DNA from: Dehalococcoidia bacterium
GTDB taxonomy: Bacteria; Chloroflexota; Dehalococcoidia; UBA2979
Assembly: GCA_965262725.1 (NCBI GenBank)
Contig: OZ253555.1
Location: 864,001 to 928,000, forward strand
Direction: 5' to 3'
DNA length: 64,000 nucleotides
Positions 17,460 to 26,719 of this stretch are shown here, in pieces (positions within the stretch are counted from its first letter, which is position 1; every line of letters begins with the position of its first letter). The translations under genes and the position numbers were made by a program. The notes below the pieces were generated by a model. It saw nothing but the letters and a program-made list of their open reading frames with translations. It made no database searches and was not told the origin of the DNA.

Positions 17460-18662
17460 ATGCAGCCACTCGTAGGCCTGCGGGTCGTGGAAGTCGGCGG
17501 GACGCTTGCGGCTGGCGCCGCCACCAAGCGGTATTCGGATTTCGGCGCGCGGGTCACCAAGGTCGAGCCGCCTACAGGCGGCGAGATCCGGCGCCTGGCA
17601 CCGTTCCCCGCAGACCGCCCGCACCTCGATACCGGCGCGATGCACATGGCGTTCGACACCGGGAAGCGCTCGCTTGCGCTCGATCTCGCGACGCCGTCGG
17701 GGCGAGAGGTGCTCAACCGGTTGCTCGCCGACGCCGACCTGCTGATAGCGCACCAGCCGGTGCCGGAGCTGCGCGACCTCCTCGATCGCATCGACCCGGA
17801 GGGAGGTCCCTGCACCGTCGTGATCACCGCCCACGGCATGGACGGGCCCTACGCGGAGCGGGCGGAGAACGATCTGACGCTCTTCGGGTGGTCGACGCGC
17901 GCGCATCGCCACTCCATCCAGGGGCGCGAGCCGCTGCGCTACGCGCCGCATGCGGGGATGATCCAGGTGGCGAACACTGCCGGGATGCTCGGCCTCGTCG
18001 CCATCTGGGGACGCCGGCAGGACGGACGGCGCCGCGACGTGGAGGTGGCTGGCGTCGAGGCGCTAATGGGCAACGTCGACAGCTCGTTCTTCCTCTGGGC
18101 CGTCAACGGCGCGGTCCAGCCGCGCTCGGGCGGGCAGTCCCGCAGGATCTATCCGATGGGCGCGTACCCCTGCAAGGACGGGCACGTGCTCTTCTCGGCG
18201 GCGCGGCATCCCTTCTTCACCAATCTCTGTCGGGTGATCGGACATCCCGAGGCGGCGTTCGACCCGCGCTTCACCGATCCGACGCAGCGCGCCGATCACT
18301 TCGACGAGTTCCACGGACTCCTGGTGCCGTGGCTCGCGACCCGTACGAAGTACGATATCTTCCATGAGATGCAGGCGGCGGGCGTGATGTGCGCGCCGGT
18401 GCTCGACGCCTCGGAGGTGATGACCGACCCGCAGTCTGAGGCGCGGAGGTCCTACGTGACGCTCGCGCAGCCGGGGCCGGGCGGCGAGCCGGTCGGGGTG
18501 ACGATTCCCGGTGCTCCGTACCGGATGAACGGCCTCCAGTCGGAGGCGTGGCAGGCGCGCCCGGCGCCGCGCCTCGGCGAGCACACTGGCGAGCTTCTCG
18601 ACGAGCTGGGCTACTCGAGGGACGAGCAGATCGCGCTCTTCCGGGCGGGGGTGACGGGATGA
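17460..18662 (+). CDS. Family III CoA-transferase, Asp-less subunit A2
   Basis: Close paralog of A1; APHAGMIQ at the Asp position; ends EQIALFRAGVTG. Confidence 0.92.
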   Translation: MQPLVGLRVVEVGGTLAAGAATKRYSDFGARVTKVEPPTGGEIRRLAPFPADRPHLDTGAMHMAFDTGKRSLALDLATPSGREVLNRLLADADLLIAHQPVPELRDLLDRIDPEGGPCTVVITAHGMDGPYAERAENDLTLFGWSTRAHRHSIQGREPLRYAPHAGMIQVANTAGMLGLVAIWGRRQDGRRRDVEVAGVEALMGNVDSSFFLWAVNGAVQPRSGGQSRRIYPMGAYPCKDGHVLFSAARHPFFTNLCRVIGHPEAAFDPRFTDPTQRADHFDEFHGLLVPWLATRTKYDIFHEMQAAGVMCAPVLDASEVMTDPQSEARRSYVTLAQPGPGGEPVGVTIPGAPYRMNGLQSEAWQARPAPRLGEHTGELLDELGYSRDEQIALFRAGVTG

Positions 18663-19912
18663 GCGGCGAGGCGCTCTCAGGCCTGCGCGTCGTGGAACTC
18701 TCCGAGGTCTGGGCGGGCCCCTTCGGCTGCTCGCTGCTCGGCGATCTCGGCGCCGACGTGATCAAGCTCGAGACCTACCCGCGCAACTCGGAGACGCGCC
18801 CCCTGCGCGAGCCGGATCCCCGCGTGGCGGACGGAGAGGGCCCCGTCTACGAGCGCGTCAACACGCACCACCACGGCAACCGCAACAAGCGCAACATCGC
18901 CGTCGACATCCGCACCGAGGAGGGCGCCGAGATCCTCCGGCGGTTGATCCGCTGGGGGGATGTCCTGGTCGAGAGCTTCTCCGCTGGGACCCTGGCCCGC
19001 ATGGGCTTCGGCTGGGACGCGGTGCACGCGCTCAACTCACGGATCACGCTGGTCTCCCTCGCCGGCTGGGGGCAGGAGGGGCCCTACGGTGGCTACCGCA
19101 TGTTCGGCGTCGGCTTCGACGCGATGACCGGCCACGCCTCCGTGCGCGGCTACCCCGACGGGACGATGTCGGACATGATCCCCATCCTCCACTCGGACGC
19201 GACCGTGCCGCTGGCGTGGATCTTCGGCGTGGTGGGCGCGCTGACGGAGCGCGAGCGGACCGGCGAGGGAAGCTACCTCGACCTCGCGCAGATCGAAGAG
19301 CTCTCCACGAACGTCCCGCATCTGATCGCGGAGTGGACGCTGAATCACCGCCTGCCGCGACGCCTGGGGGACAGCGACCCGCACGTTGTCCCCCATGGCT
19401 GCTACCGGGCGGCGGGCGACGACTCCTGGGTGAACATCGCCGCCGAGAACGATCGCCAGTGGGCCGCACTCGCGGCAGCCGCCGGCCATCCCGAGTGGGC
19501 GGAGGACGGGCACGTGTGGGCGTCGGCGGCGGGGCGCCTCCGTGAGCGCGACGCCGTGGACGCCGCCGTCTCGGAGTACGCCGCGAGCGCCGACGCGTGG
19601 GCTGTCGCGGATGTCCTGCAGGCCGCGGGCGTGATCGCGGCGCCGGTGCTCGCCCCGGGCGGTCCGCTGCTGTCGCCGCAGCTGCACGCCCGCGAGTGGT
19701 TCCAGGCGGTCGATCACCCGTACCTGCCGAACCGGCTGCTCGGCGGCTTCCTCTGGCGCATGCGGCCGGATGCCCCCTCGTGGGACCGTCGCGCGGCGCT
19801 CGTGGGCGAGCACAACGGGGAGGTCCTGCAGCAGCTCGGCTACGACGCGGTTGAGATCGAACGGCTGCGCTCAGCGGACGTCATCGGCGACCGTTATCCC
19901 GACCCCTCCTAG
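18659..19912 (+). CDS. Family III CoA-transferase, Asp-containing subunit B2
   Basis: ATGA overlap with A2; WAGP, NRNKR, ILHSDATVP. Confidence 0.93.
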   Translation: MSGEALSGLRVVELSEVWAGPFGCSLLGDLGADVIKLETYPRNSETRPLREPDPRVADGEGPVYERVNTHHHGNRNKRNIAVDIRTEEGAEILRRLIRWGDVLVESFSAGTLARMGFGWDAVHALNSRITLVSLAGWGQEGPYGGYRMFGVGFDAMTGHASVRGYPDGTMSDMIPILHSDATVPLAWIFGVVGALTERERTGEGSYLDLAQIEELSTNVPHLIAEWTLNHRLPRRLGDSDPHVVPHGCYRAAGDDSWVNIAAENDRQWAALAAAAGHPEWAEDGHVWASAAGRLRERDAVDAAVSEYAASADAWAVADVLQAAGVIAAPVLAPGGPLLSPQLHAREWFQAVDHPYLPNRLLGGFLWRMRPDAPSWDRRAALVGEHNGEVLQQLGYDAVEIERLRSADVIGDRYPDPS

Positions 19913-20011
19913 CGCCCTCACCCACCCGTCGCGGCGTGATCGTCACGACGGCGCGAGCTAAGCTCGACCCGCCGGGTGGGCGCGAGTCCCCCGCGCTGTC
20001 GGAGGGAGCGT

Positions 20012-21472
20012 ATGGCGACCGAGGATTCGCCGCAGGAGCGCGAACGGCCGTCGCCGGCGGGTGACCGGCCGGACGATGTCTCGGCGGAGGCGCTCGCCGA
20101 GAGGAACCTCTCCGACCCCCGGCAGGCGAGGCGCCACGCGCAGGTCCGCCGCTTCGTGCGCCCGGTGGAGCGCTTCATCCGGCTGGAGGTTGCCGGCGGC
20201 GTCGTCATCGTCGTCGCCGTGCTTCAGGCACTCGTCTGGGCGAACTCGCCCTGGTCCGAGAGCTACCACGAGCTCTTCGACATCCACTTCGCCGTGGACG
20301 TCTGGCTGTGGGCCTTCGACGAGTCCCTGAAGCACTGGATCGACGACGCGGCGATGGTCGTCTTCTTCTTCCTGGTCGGGCTCGAAATCAAGCGCGAGAT
20401 CGTCCTCGGCGAGCTCGCCTCGCCCCGGCGACTCGCGGTGCCGCTGGCCGCTGCGTTCGGCGGCATAGTGGTTCCGGTGTTGATCTTCCTTGTCTTCGTG
20501 GACGGCGAGGAGGCGAGGCGCGGGTGGGCGATCCCGATGGCCACCGACATCGCGATCGCGCTCGGCGTGCTGACGCTGCTCGGCTCCCGGATCCCGGCGG
20601 GCCTCAAGGTGCTGCTGCTCGGTGTCGCCGTCGTCGACGACATCGGCGGCGTGCTGGTGATCGCCGCCTTCTACACCGAGGGGCTCAACTACACGGCGCT
20701 CATGATCGTCGGCGCCGTGCTGGTCACGGTGGCACTCTTCAAGCGCTACGGCGTGCGGCCCGTCTACGTCTACGTCGCGCTCGGCGTTGTTGGGTGGGGG
20801 GCGACGTATGCCTCCGGCATCCACCCCACGATTTTCGGCGTGATCATGGGTCTGATGACGCCGTCGCGTCCTCTCTACGACCCCGCCGCGTTCGGGGCGG
20901 TGGCCGAGCGGCTGATCGCGCAGTTCTGGCGCGCCCACGAGATCCCCGACAGGCACTTCCGCCGGGAGCACGAGGCGGATGCCCTGCACTCGCTGTCGAC
21001 GAGTGCGACTGAGACGGTCGCGCCGCTCGACCGGCTGGAGCGCAGCCTGCTGCCGTGGTCGGCTTTCCTCGTGGTTCCGCTGTTCGCCTTCGCCAACGCC
21101 GGCGTCGACCTCCGCGACGGGGCGCTCGAGGCCGCTCTCGGCTCGTCGCTCGCGCTCGGCGTGGGGATGGGCCTGGTGGTGGGGAAGCCGCTCGGCGTGA
21201 CGCTCGGCGCGTGGATCGCGGTCCGGTTCGGCGCGTCGCTTCCGAGCGGCGTGACGTGGACGCAGCTGGCGGCGATGGGGGTGATCGCTGGCATCGGGTT
21301 CACGGTGGCGCTCTTCATCACCGAGCTCTCCTACCCGGCCGAGGTGCTCGGCGTCGAGGCGGCGGATGAGCTGCTCCGCGAGGCGAAGGTCGGCATCCTG
21401 ATCGGCTCGGTTGTGGCGGCCCTGGCCGGCCTGCTCACGCTCGCGGTCGCGTCGAGGTCCGAGCGCGGATGA
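20012..21472 (+). CDS. nhaA: Na+/H+ antiporter NhaA
   Basis: FFFLVGLEIKRE, GWAIPMATDIA, AVVDDIGG, PLFAFANAGV, GKPLG, GIGFTVALFI. Confidence 0.96.
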   Translation: MATEDSPQERERPSPAGDRPDDVSAEALAERNLSDPRQARRHAQVRRFVRPVERFIRLEVAGGVVIVVAVLQALVWANSPWSESYHELFDIHFAVDVWLWAFDESLKHWIDDAAMVVFFFLVGLEIKREIVLGELASPRRLAVPLAAAFGGIVVPVLIFLVFVDGEEARRGWAIPMATDIAIALGVLTLLGSRIPAGLKVLLLGVAVVDDIGGVLVIAAFYTEGLNYTALMIVGAVLVTVALFKRYGVRPVYVYVALGVVGWGATYASGIHPTIFGVIMGLMTPSRPLYDPAAFGAVAERLIAQFWRAHEIPDRHFRREHEADALHSLSTSATETVAPLDRLERSLLPWSAFLVVPLFAFANAGVDLRDGALEAALGSSLALGVGMGLVVGKPLGVTLGAWIAVRFGASLPSGVTWTQLAAMGVIAGIGFTVALFITELSYPAEVLGVEAADELLREAKVGILIGSVVAALAGLLTLAVASRSERG

Positions 21473-21531
21473 TGCGGCCTCAGGCGGCCGGGAGCGGCGC
21501 CCCCTCGCGGGGCCACGCCGGCCCGCGTTGA
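21469..21531 (+). CDS. Putative 20-aa linker mini-ORF (MMRPQAAGSGAPSRGHAGPR)
   Basis: ATG 21469 overlaps the nhaA TGA; its TGA 21529-21531 overlaps the antiporter ATG 21531 (TGATG). Confidence 0.4.
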   Translation: MMRPQAAGSGAPSRGHAGPR

Positions 21532-22502
21532 TGGGCTCGGGTCTCGCGGACCTCGCCCTGACGGCGGCGGGGCTCGGGGCGGTGCTTCTCGGGGCGTGGC
21601 TGCTCGTGAAGGGGGCGGCGCGCCTGGCCGTTGCCTTCGGGCTGTCGCCGCTGATCGTCGGGGCCACGGTGGTCGCCTTCGGTACCTCGGCTCCGGAGTT
21701 CGTGGTGAGCCTCGTCGCGGGTCTCGACGGATCCGGCGGACTCGCCGTCGGCAACGTGCTCGGCTCCAACGTCACGAACGTCGCGCTGGTGCTCGGCCTC
21801 GCCGGCGTCGCCCGCCCCATGGCCGTGCATCCACGGCTCCTCAGGTGGGAGATGCCGGTGCTGGCCGCGGCAACCGCGGCGGTCGTGCTCGTTGGCGTGG
21901 GCGGAACAATCGGGCACGCCGCCGGGGCCGCGCTGTTCGCGGCCCTGCTGGCCTTCGTCGTGCTCTCGCTCCGGCTGCGCCCGGAGGTGGCCGCCGTGCA
22001 GGTCGGCGGGGAGCTGCCCGAGGCGCGTGAGGAGCTCACGACGCGAGAGGTCGCCCGCGAGGTGGCGCTCGTCGTCGTCGGTATCGGAGCTCTCGCCGTC
22101 GGCTCCCAGATGGCCGTTCACGGGGCGGTCGCCAGCGCCGCGCGCATCGGCATCAGCGAGGTCGCGATCGGCGTCACGGTCGTGGCCATCGGTACGAGCC
22201 TCCCCGAGATCGTGACGAGCGCTGTCGCCGCACTCCGTGGCGAGCAGGAGATCGCCGTCGCCAACGTCGTGGGCTCGAACGTCTTCAACCTGCTGGGCGT
22301 GCTCGGTCTGACCGGGGCGCTGGCCACACTCCCGACGGCGTCCGAGCTCTACCGCTTCGAGATGCCGGCGCTCGTCGCATCGACGGCGGTTCTCTTTCTG
22401 CTGGCCTGGCCCCGGGGTCGTATCGGGCGGCCGGAGGGGGTCGCTCTCATCGTCGCCTACGCTGCTTTTCTCGCGATCGTGCTCGCGCGGGGCGGAGCGT
22501 AG
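21531..22502 (+). CDS. Ca2+/Na+ (CaCA, YrbG-like) antiporter
   Basis: Two alpha-repeats: GTSAPE...GNVLGSNVTN and GTSLPE...ANVVGSNVFN. Confidence 0.94.
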   Translation: MGSGLADLALTAAGLGAVLLGAWLLVKGAARLAVAFGLSPLIVGATVVAFGTSAPEFVVSLVAGLDGSGGLAVGNVLGSNVTNVALVLGLAGVARPMAVHPRLLRWEMPVLAAATAAVVLVGVGGTIGHAAGAALFAALLAFVVLSLRLRPEVAAVQVGGELPEAREELTTREVAREVALVVVGIGALAVGSQMAVHGAVASAARIGISEVAIGVTVVAIGTSLPEIVTSAVAALRGEQEIAVANVVGSNVFNLLGVLGLTGALATLPTASELYRFEMPALVASTAVLFLLAWPRGRIGRPEGVALIVAYAAFLAIVLARGGA

Positions 22503-22521
22503 GCCGCCGTCCGCGGGGCGC

Positions 22522-22947
22522 TCACGCCCCGGGCGCTCCCTCGGATCCGCCAGCTGCCTCCGCAGGCGAGGCGGCCCGTGCGCGCTGCCAGATCGAGAAC
22601 AGCGTGCGCCCGCCGACGTAGAGCACGACGACCCCAAAGATGCGAGAGAGCGTCTCGGAGTCGAGTTCGCCGGCGATCCGCGCGCCGACCACGGCGAGTA
22701 CGATCGCGGCCGGCGTGACGGTGGCCGCAAGCCGGCCGTCCACGTAGCCGCGCCTGAGGTTCGCCGTGGTCGCCGAGATCGCCGTCGGAATGACCGCGGC
22801 GAGGGAGATGCCCTGCGCGAGCTGCTGCTCGACGCCCAAGAATAGCACCAGTGCCGGTACGTAGAGCGTTCCGCCCCCGATGCCGAGTAGCCCGCCGGCG
22901 ACGCCGCCGGCCAGGCCGATCGCGAGCGCGCCGAGAATCTCCTCCAC
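22522..22947 (-). CDS. Half-size TauE/SafE (TSUP) exporter protein
   Basis: GGLLGIGGGTLYVPAL...AQGISL; about 4 TM. Confidence 0.88.
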   Translation of the reverse strand: MEEILGALAIGLAGGVAGGLLGIGGGTLYVPALVLFLGVEQQLAQGISLAAVIPTAISATTANLRRGYVDGRLAATVTPAAIVLAVVGARIAGELDSETLSRIFGVVVLYVGGRTLFSIWQRARAASPAEAAGGSEGAPGA

Positions 22948-22955
22948 CCCCGCGC

Positions 22956-23342
22956 CTACCCGAACACCAGAAGCCGCACGCCGACCGCGATCAGGAAGAG
23001 CGCGAAGACAGCGCGCAGCCGGGCTTCCGGCACGCTGTGCATCGCGCGGGCTCCGATCTGACCCCCGGCGACGCCGCCGACCGCGACGGCCACCGCCATC
23101 GCCCAGTCGACGTCACCGCGTCCGACGTAGAGCACGAGCGCGGCGGTCGCCGCGAAGATCACGACCACGAGAGACGTCGCGTGAGCCCGATGCTGCGGCA
23201 CGCGCAGAAGGCCGGTGAGAAGCGGGACCATCACCGTCCCGCCGCCGATACCCGTCAGGCCGGAGACGAACCCTCCGATCGTCCCCGTCGCGACGGCCCG
23301 CACCGGAGAGCGGGCGTCGGAACTCGTGGTCTGCGCTGTCAT
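22956..23342 (-). CDS. Half-size TauE/SafE (TSUP) exporter protein
   Basis: SGLTGIGGGTVMVPLL...AHATSL; ATGA-coupled to the upstream ligase. Confidence 0.88.
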   Translation of the reverse strand: MTAQTTSSDARSPVRAVATGTIGGFVSGLTGIGGGTVMVPLLTGLLRVPQHRAHATSLVVVIFAATAALVLYVGRGDVDWAMAVAVAVGGVAGGQIGARAMHSVPEARLRAVFALFLIAVGVRLLVFG

Positions 23343-24943
23343 CGCCCTGCCTTCCTTCCGATCGTAGCGGCGAACTCGCGCGCGAGAGTCGAGCGCTGCA
23401 CCTTACCGTTACGCGTGCGGGGGAGGGCCTCGACCACGCGGTACTCGTGCGGCCGCTTGTAGCCGGCGAGGTGCTGCTCCGCGTGGTGCCGCAGCGCCTC
23501 TTCGCCGATCGCCGCGCCCTCCTGGGGCACGACCGCGGCGATCACGATTGTCTTGTCCTCGTCGAGGGGGACGGCGACGACCGCCGCCTCGGCGACCGCA
23601 GGGTGCGTGGTCAGCGCCGCCTCGATCTCGACCGGCGACAGCCGGTAGCCGAAGGACTTGATGACGTCGTCTGAGCGCCCGTGGAACCAGACGTAGCCGT
23701 CGTCGTCAATCGTCGCCAGGTCGCCCCCTACGAACCACTCGCCGCGGTAGACGGCGTGCTCCTCCTCGGGCCGGCGCCAGTAGCCGAGCATCAGCCCGGG
23801 ATCCGATCGGTGCGCGGCGAGCATCCCCGTCGTTCCGCTCGGAAGCGGCCGTGCCGCGTCGGGGAGCTCGCCGTCCTCCGGCAGGATCGCGACGCGCCGC
23901 CCGGGCTGCGGGCGGCCAGGGGAACCCGGCCTAACGGGTGTGAGCGGCCCGGACGAGATATATGTCGAGAGCTCTGTCATGCCGAGCGCTTCGTAGAGAT
24001 CGGTGCCGACGCGGGAGCGCCACTCCTTGAGCAGGGCGATCGGCAGCGGCTCCCCGGCGCAGAGGCCGTGGCGCAGCGCGGTGAGCCCGGCGTCCTCGGG
24101 CCGCCCGTACTTCAGCATCTGGCGGTAGACGGTCGGCACCGCGCAGAACACCGTCACGCCGTACTGCCGCAGGATCGCCGGCCACCCGGAGGGGTCGTAG
24201 CGTCCCCCGAAGAGCAGCGCGTGCGCGCCAGCGAGCCACGGATCCATCAGCCCGACGCCGAGCGTGTAGGTCCAGTTCAGTGTTCCGGCGTGGAGCGTCA
24301 CGTCCTCGGGTGTGAAGCCCTCCCAGCCGTCGCGCATCAAGAGCCGCCCCCGGATCGTGCGGTGCGCGTGGAGCACGCCCTTGGGGCGCGCCGTGGTGCC
24401 GGAGGTGTAGACGAGGAACGCGGGATCCTCCTCGCGCGTCTCCGGGAGAGGGCCCGGCCCGTCGAGGTTCGCGAGCTCACTGCCGTCGACCGCGATGCCG
24501 GAGAATCCGGCGACTCGGGTCTCCGGGGCCGAGATCACGGCTGTCGCCGCACCATCCTCCACGAGGAACTCGGTCTCCTCGGCGGTGAGCTGCGGCGAGG
24601 CCGGGATCGGCACCAGGCCCGCCGCCGTGGCGCCGAAGAAGGCGAATGCGTACTCCGGCGAGTGCGGAAGCCGGACCAGGACGCGATCGCCGGGAGCCAG
24701 TCCCCGAGCAATCAGGCCGCGGCCGATGGCGGCCACCCGTTCCCAGAGCTCCTGGTAGCTCCAGCTTTCGGAGCGGTAGCGCCCGGGGGCCGGGTCGCCG
24801 CCCGCGGCCTCGTCGATGAAGCTGAAGGCAGGCCGCCGGGCGGTCGCGGGATCGGCGGCCTGCACCTCAATGCAGAGACGCGCGAGGTTGAGCGGCTCGC
24901 CGCGCTCGGAGGCGCTCGATGTGGGCGGCGGATCGGGAGTCAC
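23339..24943 (-). CDS. AMP-dependent acyl-CoA synthetase (ANL superfamily)
   Basis: YTSGTTARPKG, YEALGMTE, GDLA, GRSDD, LPRTRNGKVQR; start placed at GTG 24943, 7 nt after TAGAAT. Confidence 0.93.
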   Translation of the reverse strand: MTPDPPPTSSASERGEPLNLARLCIEVQAADPATARRPAFSFIDEAAGGDPAPGRYRSESWSYQELWERVAAIGRGLIARGLAPGDRVLVRLPHSPEYAFAFFGATAAGLVPIPASPQLTAEETEFLVEDGAATAVISAPETRVAGFSGIAVDGSELANLDGPGPLPETREEDPAFLVYTSGTTARPKGVLHAHRTIRGRLLMRDGWEGFTPEDVTLHAGTLNWTYTLGVGLMDPWLAGAHALLFGGRYDPSGWPAILRQYGVTVFCAVPTVYRQMLKYGRPEDAGLTALRHGLCAGEPLPIALLKEWRSRVGTDLYEALGMTELSTYISSGPLTPVRPGSPGRPQPGRRVAILPEDGELPDAARPLPSGTTGMLAAHRSDPGLMLGYWRRPEEEHAVYRGEWFVGGDLATIDDDGYVWFHGRSDDVIKSFGYRLSPVEIEAALTTHPAVAEAAVVAVPLDEDKTIVIAAVVPQEGAAIGEEALRHHAEQHLAGYKRPHEYRVVEALPRTRNGKVQRSTLAREFAATIGRKAGR

Positions 24944-24985
24944 GGGGGCCATTCTACGCGGCGTCGCCCCGTGGGGCGCTCGCGG

Positions 24986-25387
24986 CTACGCCGGCGCGAG
25001 CTCGACCACAGCGCTCATTGATCCGAGCGAGGTCGCGATGCGCGGGTCGGCGCCGTAGGAGTGGATCTGGCGCTGGTGCTCCGTGACGCGGTCGTGGCTC
25101 GCGGTCTCGATGATGACGCGCCCCTCGGTGTCGACGATGCGGGCGAGCACGAACGCCTTCTCCGGTCCGTACCCGAGCACCGAGCCCAGCATCTCCACGA
25201 CGTAGGCGTAGCTGTGCTGGTCATCGTCGATCAGGAGCAGGTGATAGAGAGGCTCGAGCTGATCGCTGGTGCTGCCAGAGGTCAGCTGCTCACGGGCCGG
25301 CGTGCCAACGCCGACCGACCCCGGCGGCGGCTGCCCCATCGCCCGCGAGGCGGCGGGTCGGGCGCGGTCGGAGCGTCGTGTGGCCAT
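24986..25387 (-). CDS. clpS: ATP-dependent Clp protease adaptor ClpS
   Basis: PLYHLLLIDDDQHSYAYVVEML...VDTEGRVII...MSAVVE; start may be 25387 or 25339. Confidence 0.8.
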   Translation of the reverse strand: MATRRSDRARPAASRAMGQPPPGSVGVGTPAREQLTSGSTSDQLEPLYHLLLIDDDQHSYAYVVEMLGSVLGYGPEKAFVLARIVDTEGRVIIETASHDRVTEHQRQIHSYGADPRIATSLGSMSAVVELAPA

Positions 25388-25552
25388 GCCACATTGTCGA
25401 TCCATCGGGGGGCAGCGCAAGGCGGGGCTGCGCCTCAGGCCGGAAGCGCCCGCGCAGCGAGCGCAACGAGCGCAGCGACGCCGTCCCCTGCGAAGGTGGG
25501 CCTCCCTGGGCGCAACGCATCGCCTGGGAGGGGCGCACGGCGGGCGGGCCCG

Positions 25553-26719
25553 CTACTCCCAGAAGATCAGCGGGTCGCGGCGCAGGCCGATGGCGATGGG
25601 GCCCGTGGCGGTGATGCGCTCGTGCGGTCCGAGGCGGACGCGCACGCGGACTCTCGCCCCGGGGGCGGGCATCTTCGTCGGCGTCTCCAGCTCCACGTGC
25701 AGGACCTGGTCGTGCCCGTAGTACTCGCGTTCGACGACGCGGCCCGGCGCGCCGCCCGCCTGCACCTGCAGGTCCTCGGGGCGCAGCACGACGGCGCAAC
25801 GGGAGCGGCCGGCGGGTGCGTCGTACTCCCCGAACGGCGTGAGCACGCAGCCCCGCTCGACGGGGTACTCGTAGATGTTTGCGTCGCCGATGAAGCGCGC
25901 CGCCGGGAGCGTCGCGGGGCGGGTGTAGACCTCGTCGGGCGTCCCGACCTGTTCGATGCGGCCCCGCCACATGAAGGCGACGCGGTCGGCGATCGAGAGC
26001 GCCTCCTCCTGATCGTGTGTCACGAGCAGCGCGGTGGCGCCGGCCCGCTTCACGATCGCGCGCAGTTCGGCGCGCACCTGCGCCCGAAGCGCGGGGTCGA
26101 GGCTCGAGAAGGGCTCGTCGAGGAGCAGCAGTCGCGGCCGGGGCGCCAGCGCCCGAGCGAGCGCGACGCGCTGCTGCTCGCCGCCGGAGAGCTCGTGCAC
26201 GCCCCGCTCCGCGGCGCCGGCGAGGCCGGTCAGCTCCAGGACCTCGGCAACGCGCGCCGCGCGGTGGGCGCCGCGGCGCCGGCGTCCCCGGAGGCCGCCG
26301 CCCGTGAGCCCGTACGCGACGTTCTGGGCAACCGTGAGGTGCGGGAAGAGGGCGTAGTCCTGGAAGACCATCCCGACGCCCCGGCGTTCCGGGGGCACGT
26401 GCAGATTCGGGCCGATCACCGGTTCGCCCCAGAGCGTGAGCTTGCCGGCCGTGGCCCGCTCGAAGCCGGCGATCAGCCGCAGCGTGGTGGTCTTCCCGCA
26501 GCCGGAGGGTCCGAGGAGCGTCATCAGCTCACCGGCGCGGACCGCGAGCGAGAGGTCGAGCACGCCGGCACGGTCCCCGAACATCCGCCGCAGCGCGGTC
26601 GCCTCCACGGCCGGAGCTTCGCCGACCGGGCGGGCGGCTCGCCTTGGCGGCTCGGCCGGGGACGTCTCGGACCGCCTGACGGCCGCGCTCAGGTCGAGCA
26701 TCGCCGGCTCAGGCGTCAC
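25553..26719 (-). CDS. ABC transporter ATPase, Fe(III)/polyamine class (FbpC-like)
   Basis: GPSGCGKT, VPPERRGVGMVFQDYALFPHL, LSGGEQQR, LLDEP, THDQEEA, TOBE-like tail. Confidence 0.93.
   Translation of the reverse strand: MTPEPAMLDLSAAVRRSETSPAEPPRRAARPVGEAPAVEATALRRMFGDRAGVLDLSLAVRAGELMTLLGPSGCGKTTTLRLIAGFERATAGKLTLWGEPVIGPNLHVPPERRGVGMVFQDYALFPHLTVAQNVAYGLTGGGLRGRRRRGAHRAARVAEVLELTGLAGAAERGVHELSGGEQQRVALARALAPRPRLLLLDEPFSSLDPALRAQVRAELRAIVKRAGATALLVTHDQEEALSIADRVAFMWRGRIEQVGTPDEVYTRPATLPAARFIGDANIYEYPVERGCVLTPFGEYDAPAGRSRCAVVLRPEDLQVQAGGAPGRVVEREYYGHDQVLHVELETPTKMPAPGARVRVRVRLGPHERITATGPIAIGLRRDPLIFWE

Noticed and set aside
25455-25482. Short GCGAGCGCA-like tandem repeat
   Set aside because: Low complexity, two to three imperfect copies, expected in GC-rich DNA.
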